Assembly (NCBI GenBank): GCA_964016885.1
Contig: OZ024756.1
Coordinates: 7,688,001-7,752,000, forward strand
DNA length: 64,000 bases
Direction of reading: 5' to 3'
Origin: Eledone cirrhosa
Taxonomy: Eukaryota
Made by a program: the position numbers and the translations under genes. Positions 30,381 to 46,152 of the stretch are shown piece by piece (within the stretch, counting starts at the first letter, position 1; the number at the start of each line of letters is the position of its first letter). The notes below the pieces were generated by a model. That model saw only the letters and a program-made list of their open reading frames with translations. It did not search any database and was not told the DNA's origin.

Positions 30381-30433
<53 letters not shown>

Positions 30434-30734
30434 TTTCACACATACATACATGGATACATACACACACAATATAACACTCGCCCTCCCACAAAAACACTAC
30501 ACTGACATATGCTCATAACATAACATAAACACATATACGTAGAAAAACAACACTCAAACACATATATACAGAAGACTACACACACACACACACACACAGA
30601 GACACGTACACAATGCTCACAAATACACACTCACAACACCTACATTCACATACACATAGCTAACGTGTATTGTGTGTTTGTGTGTATTAATATATATAAA
30701 TATATATGTATATGTACTTATATATATATATATG

Positions 30735-30802
<68 letters not shown>

Positions 30803-30893
30803 GACATATATACACGTACATATATATACACATATATATACATATATATATACATATATATCTACAAATATATATATATACGTATATATAAAT

Positions 30894-30983
<90 letters not shown>

Positions 30984-31185
30984 GTATATACATACGTGTG
31001 TGTGGGCGTGCATTCTGTGATTTAATTGATATTTTTATCTTCACACATATCCTTGCATAAATGGATTCGTTAATTGCAATATTTACGAAGCCTCGTTCGA
31101 AAGTGTATTTCTAGTGAATTGGTCGTTTGATCAGGCTGCATATAAAACTAAACTGCGTGTGTACGAAGACATAATTGAAAATAAG

Positions 31186-31263
<78 letters not shown>

Positions 31264-31272
31264 ATATATATG

Positions 31273-31308
<36 letters not shown>

Positions 31309-31311
31309 CAC

Positions 31312-31359
<48 letters not shown>

Positions 31360-31362
<3 letters not shown>

Positions 31363-31709
31363 GAGGTTATATTTAATTTGTTGGGATACAACAAGCAAAA
31401 TATTTTTATAACTGATATAAAGCACTCAACGAATTATTGGAGTAAATATACAATATATTAACAAATGGAAACTATATTTATAAAACCATATTTATTTCAT
31501 TATACATATTTCAAGGGCCACCAAGGCAAATTATGGAGATTCCAACCAGAATGGTTGCATTTTTTCAGGGTATGTCAATATTTATTTATAAAACTAACCT
31601 ATATTATATTTTATCTGATGAAAGCCACCATAATTTGCCTTGGTGGCCCTTGAAATATGTATAATGAAATAAATATGATTTTATAAATATACTTTCCATT
31701 TATTAACAT

Positions 31710-31716
<7 letters not shown>
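31360..31716. mobile_element. Fold-back hammerhead insertion in (TA)n (same family as 40253-40500)
   Basis: 31450-31537 is the reverse complement of 31627-31716; an extra ~85-nt tail lies only on the inverted arm. Confidence 0.7.
31609..31670 (+). ncRNA. Minimal type I hammerhead ribozyme motif
   Basis: TTTTAT-CTGATGA-AAGCCACCA..TGGTGGCCCTT-GAAA-TATGTA-TA-ATGAAA. Confidence 0.75.
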
Positions 31717-31749
<33 letters not shown>

Positions 31750-31755
<6 letters not shown>

Positions 31756-32257
31756 ATACTTTGGGAGGGTCATGTTGCCAATAAGAAACACACGCACCAG
31801 TTGCATTTACTTCAATTTATTATAATAAATTTATAAATTTAGGAATTTATAAATTTCCGGTTGGTTGGTTGGTTCCACAACCAGATGGTTGTTTATATAT
31901 TGTCAAAGTTCTTTCGTCACACATTCTGGGACCTCTTAAGTGGCTGGGGGTTCTTTTCTTTGTTTTTTGTGCCTCTCCTTTGTACTGTCCTACGCCATCT
32001 TGATTTTCAAGATGGCGTAGGACAGTACAAAGGAGAGGCACAAAAACAAAGAAAAGAATCCCCAGTCACTGAAGAGGTCACAGAATGTGTGACGAAAGAA
32101 CTTTGACAATATATATATAAAGAATCATCTGTTTGTGGAACCAACCAACCAACCGGAAATTTATAAATCCCTAAATTTATAAATTTATTATAATAAATTA
32201 AAGTGAAAGCAGATGGTGCGTGTGTTTTTTATTGGCAACATGACCCTCCTAAAGTAT

Positions 32258-32263
<6 letters not shown>
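31750..32263. repeat. Near-perfect ~510-bp palindrome (3-nt spacer) carrying a hammerhead motif
   Basis: ..CGCCATCTTGA-TTT-TCAAGATGGCG.. at the centre; arms match out to TTGTTATAC/GTATAACAA; (TA)n on both sides. Confidence 0.9.
32065..32107 (+). ncRNA. Minimal type I hammerhead ribozyme motif
   Basis: GTCA-CTGAAGA-GGTCACA-GAATG-TGTGAC-GAAA-GAAC-TT-TGAC. Confidence 0.65.
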
Positions 32264-32342
<79 letters not shown>

Positions 32343-32436
32343 TACAGAGAGAGAGAGAGGTTAGTTCCCCATCATTAATATAACATATATATATATATAT
32401 ATATGAGAGAGAGATTAGTTCCACAACAGTTAATAA

Positions 32437-32532
<96 letters not shown>

Positions 32533-32901
32533 ACAAGATGTGGTAAATTAATTTATATCAATAGAAATATTTCACTATATTTTATAGCCTATTTCCGGTA
32601 GTAAATAAAGGTTGCTTTATCACTATAAATGAATTAAAAGGTTTAAACCTTTCTATGGCTCTATTGTTACAGGTATTCCATCCTTACATATGTAATTATA
32701 TATACCTGCTTATATTCATGTTGTTTCTACCAGTATAGCTTTGATCTCCATGGTTTTTATTATATAATTCCCTTGAAGTTGGTTCATAAGTGGGACTTCC
32801 AACAGGATTCACACAAACATGGAAACTATAATAAAGTTGAATGCTTTCTCGTCCTTCTTTCTTCTGTCTTCACTCCACGTCACATTACGACAGTCAACCA
32901 A

Positions 32902-33553
32902 TCTATATACATAAATGGCAATTTCTGTCTGTTTGTGTGTGTGTGTGTTTGTGAACCTAAAACTTAAAAACTACCATACCGATCTTGATAGAACTTGACA
33001 CGTGTGTGGGGCTCATGCCCATTTGATTTCTTACGTATATTTCATTTTAATCAAAGGGTTCCCCGGGGACTCAGATTTTTCTCTTCGATAGATATGAAAT
33101 TTAAACCATGGGTAAATGATAAGATATGATGCCTATTCAGAAAATTTCAGCAAATTTCAATTATATTAAGACACCCTAATGGGGCTTAAACCCCCCTATT
33201 CGGGTTCCCCGGAGGCACAAACCCCCACTGAAAATGTTTTCGCTTCGATTTATATGAAATTTAAACCATAGGTAAATGACAAGATATGATGCCTATTCAC
33301 AAAAGTTTTGAATTGATATTTTGAAAAAAATTATTTACAAGAAACAAAATAAGAATAAGATTTAATAATGTAATTTTGATTTGATATATTACAGAAAATA
33401 ATGTTTTCCAATTTTTCATGCATTACATTTTATATTGAGTAATATTGAGATGCAGAGTTTTTCCCCATAAATTATATCACTGATTTAAAATCAATCATCA
33501 TTTTCTTACAAAAAAATGTGTGAAACGCAGCAAGGTACGGGTAATTCGGCTAG
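32902..33553 (+). mobile_element. Non-autonomous Helitron-like element
   Basis: Starts TCTATATACATAAA followed by a (GTCT/GT) tract, ends GGGTAATTCGGCTAG, inserted between A and T. Confidence 0.6.
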
Positions 33554-33733
33554 TATACTAGAAACATAAAGATAAAAATATACTTACGCTATATTTGATT
33601 AAATAAAGTTAGTCTGATAGTAGGCATTTTTAAAAACCCTCTCAATGGAAAAAAGATGTGTGTTAGTCAAATACAGCGTAGGGATATATTTTTACTTTAT
33701 AACTTAGCTCGCTGTTTCATAAACAAAGCTTTC

Positions 33734-33781
<48 letters not shown>

Positions 33782-34011
33782 CTCTCCTCCTCTGTCTCTC
33801 TCCCCATGTCTCTCCCCCTCTCTCTCTCCCTCTCTCCCCATGTCTCTCTCCCTCTCTCTCCCTCTCTCTCTCGCTCTCTCTACTATGAACAGTTATGACA
33901 TAAATATGACATGTGTGTAAACGCTGTGTGTATATTCGTTCACCAACATATTTTTTCATGCACATAGCTTCGTAATGATAACATTGTAAGGTCTTCCCAG
34001 AGACCTCGTCA

Positions 34012-34380
34012 TGGCGGTGAACTCGTATAAGTTTCTCAGCATTGAGCTACGGCCTTTCACGTTTTGATTTCACATCCTGCCGAGGTTAGCTTTAATCCTT
34101 ACTTGCAGGGCAGGATTTAATGGGGGGGGGGCAAAAGGGGACAATTTCACCAGGCCCCCTGCAGTGATGGGCACCACCAACGATGGCAGTAGCAATTTAT
34201 TTGTACCCTCAATTTTGCTTTTTAGTTCTAGGATGGTTAAAATTGTTTAGGGTCCACCAAGGTCTAAATCCAATCCTGCTAACGGGGGTCTATAAAATAA
34301 AGTACCAGTCACTCACTGGGATCGATTTAATCGACTTTCCCCTCCTCCAACATTGCTGACTTTGTGCTTAAATATGCAAC
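34012..34380 (+). mobile_element. Diverged SINE interrupted by a small TIR element (34106-34279)
   Basis: SINE head and tail flank GCAGGGCAGGATTTA...TAAATCCAATCCTGC. Confidence 0.55.
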
Positions 34381-34485
34381 CCCTATTTATCCAATATCTG
34401 ACGAATCCTTTAAGATAGGAACAGTTGTAGTATTTACTGGTTTCCTTTTGTTTACTTTTTGTTGTTTTCTCAACAAACATTTTAT

Positions 34486-35620
34486 ATATAACTGTTATAT
34501 AGCTGTTATATATCCTGGTCTATATAACTGTTATATAACTGTTGTATATCCTGGTCTATATAACTGTTATATAACAGTTTATATATAACTGTTCTATATC
34601 TTGGTCTGTGGAACTGTTATATAACTGTTATATATTCTGGTCTATGTAACTGTTATATAGCTGTTATATATTCTGGTCTATATAACTGTTATATAACTGT
34701 TGTATATCATGATCTATATAACTGTTATATAACAGTTTATATATAACTGTTCTATATCTTGGTCTGTGGAACTGTTATATAACTGTTATATATTCTGGTC
34801 TATGTAACTGTTATATAACTGTTATATATTCTGGTCTATATAACTGTTATATAACTGTTGTATATCATGATCTATATAACTGTTATATAACAGTTTATAT
34901 ATAACTGTTCTATATCTTGGTCTGTGGAACTGTTATATAACTGTTATATATTCTGGTCTATGTAACTGTTATATAGTTGTTATATATTCTGGTCTATATA
35001 ACTGTTATATAACTGTTGTATATCATGATCTATATAACTGTTATATAACAGTTTATATATAACTGTTCTATATCTTGGTCTGTGGAACTGTTATATAACT
35101 GTTATATATTCTGGTCTATGTAACTGTTATATAGCTGTTATATATTCTGGTCTATATAACTGTTATATAACTGTTGTATATCATGATCTATATAACTGTT
35201 ATATAACAGTTTATATATAACTGTTCTATATCTTGGTCTGTGTAACTGTTATATAACTGGTATATACCCTGATCTATGTAACTGTTAAATAACTGTTATA
35301 TACCATGGTCTATATAACTGTTATATAACAGTTTATATATAACTGTTCTATATCCTGGTCTATGTTACTGTTATATAACTGTTCTATATCTTGGTCTGTG
35401 TAACTGTTATATAACTGTTATATTCCCTGGTCTATGTAACTGTTATATAACTGTTATATATTCTGCTCTATATAACTGCTATATATTTGGTCTATATAAC
35501 TGCTATATATTCTTGTGTGTATAAATGTTATATATTCTGGTGTTTATAACTATTGTATATTCTGGTATATATACCTTTTATATATTTTGGTGTGTATAAC
35601 TGATGTACATTCTGCTATAT
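34486..35620. repeat. AT-rich minisatellite (TATATAACTGT subunits) with a 158-bp higher-order repeat
   Basis: CATGATCTATATAAC at 34708, 34866, 35024 and 35182. Confidence 0.9.
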
Positions 35621-35713
35621 ATAATTGTTATATATTATTGTGCATATAACGTTTATATATGCTGGTGCATATTACTGCTATATATTTTGGTGCATATAGT
35701 CATAGATATAGAG

Positions 35714-35839
<126 letters not shown>

Positions 35840-36354
35840 GGTGGTGGCCAACTCGTTTTCGAGTACGGCCACTACTTTATATCCATGTAGGAGAACCCCT
35901 ACCGATGCGCTGAACGAGTGTGACTTTTTAGTCCAGCCAGCGACTTGAAAACTCTGGTACAAACACTACACTTGTGACAATTATTGACACATAGTGCTGG
36001 GCCCATGGTACCATGTGATGACAAGTGCAGAGATATCTCCAGATATAAAGAAATGCCTGTGCCATGAAGCTTTTATAGTGAGCAAAGGCACTGCACAAAG
36101 CCAGTCCCACTCTCTTAACCAAGATGATATTTACCAAAAAGAAGAACAAGTCAACACCATTGGATACCATCAGAGTTGCAGGAGTTATATCAGAGTTTTC
36201 CTTCTCCTAGAATTCTGCCTTGACAAAGGCTAAGGTGTCATCTCTCCCGGTGATTTTGGATGGCCATTGATTCTAAGAGCTCCTTTGCCCTTTGACAGGT
36301 TTTGTTTTTAGTCCTGCAGGATGTCCAAAGTCACCATCCTCACCAAGAAACCTT
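35840..36354 (-). mobile_element. Bipartite non-autonomous RTE-derived element (5'-truncated copy)
   Basis: Reverse complement of 37495-38000. Confidence 0.7.
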
Positions 36355-38000
<1,646 letters not shown>

Positions 38001-38015
38001 ATATATCTATATCTA

Positions 38016-38198
<183 letters not shown>

Positions 38199-38443
38199 GA
38201 AATGTATAAGTATGTATATATGTATATATATATACATACTTATACATTTCAGTAACACAACCCGCCTCTAACATTAATATGATGCCTTAAGGATAAATGA
38301 AAATAACAAACATATGATGAATGTATATACATACATATGTATATACACATGCATATATATGCATGTGTATATATTATATATATACAGTCAGACAGACTCA
38401 CATATACATATATATACACACACACACACACACATATATATAT

Positions 38444-38484
<41 letters not shown>

Positions 38485-39041
38485 AATATATATATATATT
38501 TCCCACAATTTAAATACAAATTATATATTGTCGATTTACGTCTAAGACTTTTAACTCATTAAGTGATAAAGAATCCTCCATTCCTTGGAAATGAAAAAAA
38601 TATCATCATATATTCATATAAACATATATGTGTGTGTGTGTGTGATGTGGATGTGTGTGTGTGTGTCTCTGTGTATGTAGCAGGGTCTAGAGTTTCTCTC
38701 CGTCACACCATCTCCACTTTGAGAGCTGATATGTCAAATATAGACATTCAGCAATAAAAACGTCATTTAGTTGTATATCTCAATAGTAAGAAGCTGTGTC
38801 AGGGAATTCACTGAATTAAATAGATTCCTTCTAATCTCCTTTACTAAGATATTGAGTTTCTGAAATTTGGGAAGAACATTACAGGTAAACACTGGAAAGA
38901 AATATACTTACACTTATCTTTCATATTACTTTTTAGTCGTCGTCTTCTTCTTTGTCTTCTTCTTCTCCTTCTTTGCCTACTTCTCTTCTTTGCTTTCTTG
39001 TTCTTCTTATTTTTTCGGTGGATTTTTTCTTATTATTTTTT

Positions 39042-39230
39042 CGGTGGATTGGCAGTATCGGTAGAGGGTCAGACGCCATGCTTTGACGCATAGAGTTACG
39101 GCCCTTGCTATTCCGAGTTCAAATCTCGCTGAGGTTAATTTTGCCTTTCATCCTTACGGGCTCAATAAAATAAAGTACCAGTAATGCTCTGAGATAATCG
39201 GTGGCCTTGTGCCAAAAGTAGAAACAGTTA
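39042..39230 (+). mobile_element. tRNA-derived SINE copy
   Basis: Aligns with the 639-822 copy. Confidence 0.8.
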
Positions 39231-39363
39231 TTTTTTCTTCTCTTTTTTTTTTCTTCTTTTTCTTCTGTTTTCTTCTCTGTCTTTTCTTCGTCTTCTTTTT
39301 CCTTTTCTTTTTCTTCTTCTTCATTTTCTTCTTTGCCTTCTTTTTTTTCTTTTTCTCCTTCGT

Positions 39364-39514
39364 CTTCTTCTTCTTCTTCTTCTTCTTCTTCTTCTTCTTC
39401 TTCTTCTTCTTCTTCTTCTTCTTCTTCTTCTTCTTCTTCTTCTTCTTCTTCTTCTTCTTCTTCTTCTTCTTCTTCTTCTTCTTCTTCTTCTTCTTCTTCT
39501 TCTTCTTCTTCTTC
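39364..39514. repeat. (TTC)n microsatellite
   Basis: About 50 perfect TTC units. Confidence 0.95.
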
Positions 39515-39617
39515 TCCTGCTGTACCAGTAATATATTCATTCATACGGAACAACTCATAAGAGTCAACGACCAACAAAAAATGTGTAAATATGTATATAC
39601 ATGTATGCATGTGTTTG

Positions 39618-39660
<43 letters not shown>

Positions 39661-39682
39661 ATACATGTATTCATGTGTTTGT

Positions 39683-39726
<44 letters not shown>

Positions 39727-39822
39727 ATACATGTATTCATGTGTTTGTATGTATATATATATATATATATATACATATGTATATACATGTATGCATGTGT
39801 TTGTATGTATATAAATATATAT

Positions 39823-39900
39823 ACTAGCAGAAGTACCCGGCGTTGCCCGGGTGTAAGTCGACCTTTGCTCTGTTGTTAAAATGTTTGAAAGTTACTTCCC
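39823..39900 (-). mobile_element. Helitron-like terminus
   Basis: ACTAG next to the hairpin ACCCGG-CGTTGC-CCGGGT. Confidence 0.45.
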
Positions 39901-40196
39901 GCGCATCACAGGTGCAACAACCTTCGAACATCAAGCATAGTTTATTTTATATTTTTATATCTTCATTCATTGTTAAATCAGTCTTGCCATTGCGCACTTT
40001 ACTCGACCTTATTGTAAACCCCCACTGTCTCTGTCTTTGTACTGTCCCCTACATGTCGGCCCTTGTGGCTAATGAATGAAATCATTCTTATTATTATTAT
40101 TCTCTACGTTCCTTACATTAAACTAAAACTATGTTGAAAATCTTTTAATAATGTCTTCCTTGTGAAATTTGTGGTCTTGTTTTGCTTAACTAATGA

Positions 40197-40255
<59 letters not shown>

Positions 40256-40387
40256 GAGGTTATATTTAATTTGTTGGGATTCAACAAGCTTAACAATGTT
40301 ATAACTGATATAAAGCACTCAACAGCGTAGTGGAGTGAATATTCATTATAATAATAAATAGAAACAATATTTATAAAACCATATTTA

Positions 40388-40450
40388 TTTTATTATATAT
40401 ATTTCAAGGGCAACCAAGGCAAATTATGGTGCGCTTTCATCAGATAAAAT
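40388..40450 (-). ncRNA. Minimal type I hammerhead ribozyme motif
   Basis: Minus strand TTTTAT-CTGATGA-AAGCGCACCA..TGGTTGCCCTT-GAAA-TATATA-TA-ATAAAA. Confidence 0.75.
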
Positions 40451-40616
40451 ACAGATTTGTTTTATAAATAAATATTGACATACCCGGAAAAAAGACAACC
40501 TTAACGGTTGACTATCCAGGTAACTTCAACCGTTAAGGCTGTCTTATATATATATGCCAGTATAATTTTGCGTTTCGTTTCGCTTTTTCTACCCGCCGAA
40601 ATGCGATTCTCGCTGA

Positions 40617-40779
<163 letters not shown>

Positions 40780-40854
40780 GGAGGTGAGTTTTATTGTAGT
40801 ACAATAAAGCAATGCAGATATCGGATAAGAAGCACTCTACAGTTTGTAGGACTG

Positions 40855-42507
40855 TTGGATAATAAAAACAAACTAAAATTTATTCAATTTGATATTGCCA
40901 GCTACTATTCCTCCATTTCGCCTTCACTTCTCAATAATGCTCTATCTTTCGCACTTAAATATTCTGACATCACCACAGATGAACTTCACATCATCCTCAC
41001 CGCACGTAAAACCATCCTAGAGTTCAACAACGAATATTGGACCAGAGCCGATACCTCTAACAACTTTGACATCACAATGGGAGCATCCGATTCATCCCAA
41101 TTGACTGATTTAATTGGTATCTTCATTTTGAACTCTTTGAGTCGGAAAATTCCTCAACTTCGCGGTGGAATTTATCGTGACGATGGACTCTTTACTATCC
41201 TAAATTGCAATATAGTTAACCTTAATATTATTAAGAACAATATACGTAATCTCTTTAACCAACATAACCTAAAAATTGAATTTGATAATAGTATCAAACT
41301 AGCTAATTTCTTGGATGTATCTCTTAATCTTGACACTGGCCTATATTACCCTTACCATAAAAACAATGAGAACCTAAATTATGTTAACTTTAAATCTAAC
41401 CATCCTACCAATATCAAGAATGCTATAGTTAGTAATATTGGAAAAAGAATATCTAACATATCTTCTAATAAAAACATCTTTGATGCTAACGCCAATTACT
41501 ATAATAACGCACTTTCTAAAGCCGGCTATCCAGATAAAATCAAATATAGTAAAGAAACAAATTCTAGAAAAACTTACAGTAGAATAATTAATCATGATCA
41601 TTCCAATAATTTTAATAAAAGACCTAGATACAAAAACATAATCTGGTATAATGCTCCTTTCTCCATCTCTATTAATAACAATATTCCTAAATTATTTTTT
41701 AGTGCCTTAAATAAATGCTTCCCTCCCTCACATATCTATAGTAAAATATTTAACAAACACACCATCAAATTTTCTTATTCTACATCCTCCAATATTTCCA
41801 ACATCATCTCTAAACACAACAATAAAATACTAAATACTAAATCTCTTCCTTCCAACATTGAATTTCATAATAACAGTAATAGTACTCCCGACGTCATTGT
41901 AAACCCTAGGCTAACTTCTGTAAACCCAAATACACCGTCAAACACAACTTCGCTAAATGTTCATAATCCAACTCTAAATCAAGAAACTATTATTCCTATT
42001 ATTCCTATCGCAAACAACTTCTCCAATCCAATTCCTTCTATAGATAACACTAGGTCACTCATTAATAATCTCTCTAATTGTAACTGCCGCATTAAAAATA
42101 AATGTCCTCTCAACAACCATTGTCTCGATAAAAACTTAATTTATGAATGTAAAGTTATAACTAGCACCAATTCCTTCACCTATTTTGGCTCCACTTCCAC
42201 CTCTTTTAAAGCTCGCCTCTACAATCATCATTCATCTTTTAAATACAAACTTAAAAGAACCAACACGGCTCTCTCAGAACTCATATGGTCCTTGAAAGAC
42301 AAAAACATTAAATATACCATCTTTTGGAAGAAGGTTTCTTCTGCGTCCTCATACTTGAACAGCTCTCTATCTAAAATCTGTAATCTCTGCCTAAATGAAA
42401 AATTTACCATTATCTCTAACCTAGATTCTATAATAAATAGACGTACAGATTTGTTTTCTATCTGCCTGCATAAATTCCATAGGACTTTTCACAAAGTATA
42501 CAGTTAA
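40855..42507 (+). CDS. Penelope-like reverse transcriptase (from motif A onward) + Cys linker + GIY-YIG endonuclease; resembles the Hydra clade of PLEs
   Basis: [37 protein letters not shown]; [15 protein letters not shown]; [24 protein letters not shown]; CNLCLNEK; CLH. No internal stops over 550 codons; the TTG start lies at the truncation junction. Confidence 0.9.
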   Translation: MDNKNKLKFIQFDIASYYSSISPSLLNNALSFALKYSDITTDELHIILTARKTILEFNNEYWTRADTSNNFDITMGASDSSQLTDLIGIFILNSLSRKIPQLRGGIYRDDGLFTILNCNIVNLNIIKNNIRNLFNQHNLKIEFDNSIKLANFLDVSLNLDTGLYYPYHKNNENLNYVNFKSNHPTNIKNAIVSNIGKRISNISSNKNIFDANANYYNNALSKAGYPDKIKYSKETNSRKTYSRIINHDHSNNFNKRPRYKNIIWYNAPFSISINNNIPKLFFSALNKCFPPSHIYSKIFNKHTIKFSYSTSSNISNIISKHNNKILNTKSLPSNIEFHNNSNSTPDVIVNPRLTSVNPNTPSNTTSLNVHNPTLNQETIIPIIPIANNFSNPIPSIDNTRSLINNLSNCNCRIKNKCPLNNHCLDKNLIYECKVITSTNSFTYFGSTSTSFKARLYNHHSSFKYKLKRTNTALSELIWSLKDKNIKYTIFWKKVSSASSYLNSSLSKICNLCLNEKFTIISNLDSIINRRTDLFSICLHKFHRTFHKVYS

Positions 42508-42651
42508 TATCCAATTCTTTATCAATTTAGAATCTTTTCTCAAAGGCACATATACATACACCTCTTTAAAATATACCCATCTTCCTACCTTACTTCAAAG
42601 GGCATTATACACTCTATAATACTTGTTTACTCATTACCCTCTTTCTATCTT

Positions 42652-43990
42652 CACCTTGTAAAATCCTTCATAACATATACATTTGTTTTTTTGACGTTAG
42701 AATATTCATCCGCAATTATTATTATTATTTTCTCTCTATCATAAAACTTTTTAATCTCAATTTCATCCTTAATCTATTATTTTTTTCTCCACATCAACGA
42801 ACTCATTCTTAATACATATTAACTCTTTATTCGCACATATCAATTCCTTCAATATACAAACTTTAACTTCACATTATTTTTCTCAAATCCTTCTACACAC
42901 AAACCTTAATAATTTTTTTTCTCTTCGTTAATTTTGAAATTGCCACAATACTTATCAACATACATTTTTTTTGACGTTAGAATATTCATCCACAATTATT
43001 ATTATTTTTTCTCTCTATCTTCATACATAAATTCCCTTCGTTAATTTTCAAATTCTTTTAATTTATACATTATCTTCCAACGGTTCTCAACCTCTCTATG
43101 TAAAACAATATATCTTTTCTCAGTTATAAAAACTATCTCTTTCTCTCTATCACCCATCTCTCCCTCTCCACCTTCACTCTCATCTCCTCCCCTTTTTTTT
43201 CACCTTGTAAAATCCTTCATAACATATACATTTGTTTTTTTTTGACGTTAGAATATTCATCCGCAATTATTATTATTTTTTCTCTCTATCATAAAACTTT
43301 TTAATCTCAATTTCATCCTTAATTTTTTATTTTTTTCTCCCCATCAACGAACTCATTCTTAATACATATTAACTCTTTATTCGCACATATCAATTCCTTC
43401 AATATACAAACTTTAACTTCACATTATTTTTCTCAAATCCTTCTACACACAAACCTTAATAATTTTTTTCTCTTCGTTAATTTTGAAATTGCCACAATAC
43501 TTATCAACATACACTTTTTTTTGACGTTAGAATATTCATCCACAATTACTATTTTTTTCTCTCTATCTTCATACATAAATTCCCTTCGTTAATTTTTCAA
43601 ATTCTTTTAATTTATACATTATCTTCCAACGGTTCTCAACCTCTCTATGTAAAACAATATGTCTTTTCTCAGTTATAAAAACTATCTCTTTCTCTCTATC
43701 ACCCATCTCTCCCTCTCCACCTTCACTCTCATCTCCTCCCCCTTTTTTTCATCCTTTCCACCCCCCCCCTCCCTAAATAAAATATTTTTTCCTCATACAT
43801 ATCTTCCCTTCGTTAATTTTCAAATTCTTTTAATTTATACATTATCTTCCAACGGTTTTCAACCTCTCTATGTAAAACAATATATCTTCTCTCAGTTATA
43901 AAAACTATCTCTTTCTCTCTATCACCCATCTCTCCCTCTCATCTCCTCCCCTTTTTCATCCTTTCCACCCCCTCCCCTCTCTAAATAAAA
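42652..43990 (+). repeat. 549-bp tandem duplication (plus a partial third copy) in the PLE 3' UTR
   Basis: CACCTTGTAAAATCCTTCATAAC at 42652 and 43201. Confidence 0.9.
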
Positions 43991-44094
43991 TATTTTTCCC
44001 AATATCACACATCAATCTAAAACCACTTTTCATATGTTGATTTAAAACTGCACTATCCACAAGTGTTTTTTAGCCTTCATATCATGTTCTCCTG

Positions 44095-44161
44095 TTTTAT
44101 ATGATGAAAACACAAATATTATTGCATGATGATGTTTGTTTTTGAAATGCGCATAATAAAA
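44095..44161 (+). ncRNA. PLE pLTR hammerhead (core C3>A in this copy)
   Basis: TTTTAT-ATGATGA-AAACACAAA..TTTGTTTTT-GAAA-TGCGCA-TA-ATAAAA; intact CTGATGA versions at 8852 and 9050. Confidence 0.75.
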
Positions 44162-44245
44162 TACATGGAACTCCTTTAACCATCTTTTGATCTTATATTA
44201 TATATATATATATATATAATATATATATATATATAATATATATAA

Positions 44246-44279
<34 letters not shown>

Positions 44280-44720
44280 GGGAGTATAACTTGGAGTTAC
44301 TATAGGTTCACCCGTGTGAGCACTCGATGCTTAGGTTCACTTCTGTGTCGAGTGTAATATATTGAAAAGATAACAAGGACGATTGGTTATACCTTTATTA
44401 CAATTATTTTACCGTTATTTTATGGTATATTGTGTTTTTATTATATAATGCATTTTTATTTTACGGTTTTGTTTATATATGTATATGTGGAAACGTGTGT
44501 GTAAGCAAATATGCATATGTGCATGTGTCTGCATGTTGCCGTCCGTGTGTGTATGCATATCTAGATGTATACAGTATATGTCTGCATGTATATATGTATG
44601 TATATTTGTGGGTATGCGTATGCATGTAGTGTGTTTATATATATATATATATATGTGTGTGTATGGATGTGTGTATGTAATTTTGTGTACGTATGTGTAT
44701 TTTGTATGTTTGTGTGTGCA

Positions 44721-44805
<85 letters not shown>

Positions 44806-45511
44806 ATATATGTGTGTGTATGTGTGTATATATATGTATATAAGGTTGTGCGTAGGTATGTGTGTGCGCGTATGTGTGTGTATATGTGTATGTTTGCGTG
44901 GGTCGTGCGTGTCGGACCAGATATATGGCGCGACTTAGGCAGGTGCTAATAGGCTTGTGGCGGTCGGTATCTAGAAGTGGGTGTGCCTGGGTTGGTGGAA
45001 GAGAGGGAGAGTGTGTGCGTATATATATATATGTGGGGGGGGGGTCTACGCATGTATGCGTACATATGTGTATGCACGCATGTGTCTGTGTCTGCCTGTG
45101 TGTGTATATATGTGTGTGTATGTGTATGTGTGTGTACATAATCTGGAGTGTGAACAGTGTGTGCGTATATATATATATATGAGGGGGGGTCTACGCATGT
45201 ATGCGTACATATGTGTATGCACGCATGTCTGTGTCTGCCTGTATGTGTATATATGTGTGTGTATGTGTATGTGTGGGTACATAATCTGGAGTGTGAACAG
45301 ACGTGCGAGATACCGAACCCAGCATGACTCCATTGAAGTGTGTCGGACGGAAAATCTCTGATGACCCGTGTAGCAGTAAAATAGTGACCAGAACTTAAGA
45401 TGACGTGGGTAACAACAGCCAATGGCATGACAAGAGTGGAAGAGGTTTTTTGAAATTGTTTTTTTTTATGATAACACCCCATTGATAAAATTTGCTCCGA
45501 ACGAACTACCC

Positions 45512-45600
45512 GTGTCTGAAGGTACCTGCAGCCCTAGAATCAGCCAGATCCATACAAGGACCATGTCTCGAGCTACCTGCCGGCGAAACAATTGTAACGC
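45512..45600 (+). ncRNA. Hammerhead-like motif (CUGAAGG variant)
   Basis: GTGT-CTGAAGG-..-C-GAAA-CAATTG-TA-ACGC; followed by the conserved 3' hairpin at ~45660. Confidence 0.55.
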
Positions 45601-45752
45601 AATAAATTAAGTCCGGATGCATCACTGATTTTTCGTTTTCTTTATAATATCTACACTCTACTCTATTGAATATTGAGTGCTAATTTTAGCATACCACCTA
45701 TGGAAGCACCATAGCTACCATTATACAGAAGTATATATATATATATATATAT

Positions 45753-45927
45753 AACGAAGGAAATGTGGTCAGGAACCAGGTGGACCATAACGCACCAAAG
45801 TACTCAATACTTAGGGTAGTAGAGTGGGTAATAGGAACGAGTAGGACCCCGACAGCTGAGCTCAAGCCGTTTCGACGGCTAATTCCGTCGAAACGGCTTG
45901 AGCTCAGCCGTCGGGGTCCTACTCGTT

Positions 45928-45963
<36 letters not shown>

Positions 45964-46105
45964 AACCAGTAAGACCCCGACAGCTGAGCTCAAGCCGTTT
46001 CGACGGCTAATTCTGGACTGGTTCCTATTACCCACTCTACTACCTCAAGTATTGAGTACTTTGGTGCGTTATGGTCCACCTGGTTCCTTACCACATTTCC
46101 TTCGT

Positions 46106-46106
<1 letters not shown>
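45753..46106. mobile_element. Two opposed fold-back insertions carrying the 3' half of a hammerhead
   Basis: GAAACGGCT-TGAGCTC-AGC(C/T)GTC; 45753-45840 is the reverse complement of 46020-46106; internal hairpin 45830-45932. Confidence 0.7.

Positions 46107-46152
<46 letters not shown>

Noticed and set aside
32630-32680. GAAA-GGTTTAAACC-TT palindrome resembling hammerhead helix III
   Set aside because: The upstream core is too decayed (CUGUAAC) to call
35994-36233. 79-aa ORF conserved in three copies (MLGPWYHV..)
   Set aside because: Antisense reading of a recent interspersed repeat; conservation reflects copy identity
39119-39814. Poly-E/K/F/S ORFs
   Set aside because: Translations of the (TTC)n microsatellite
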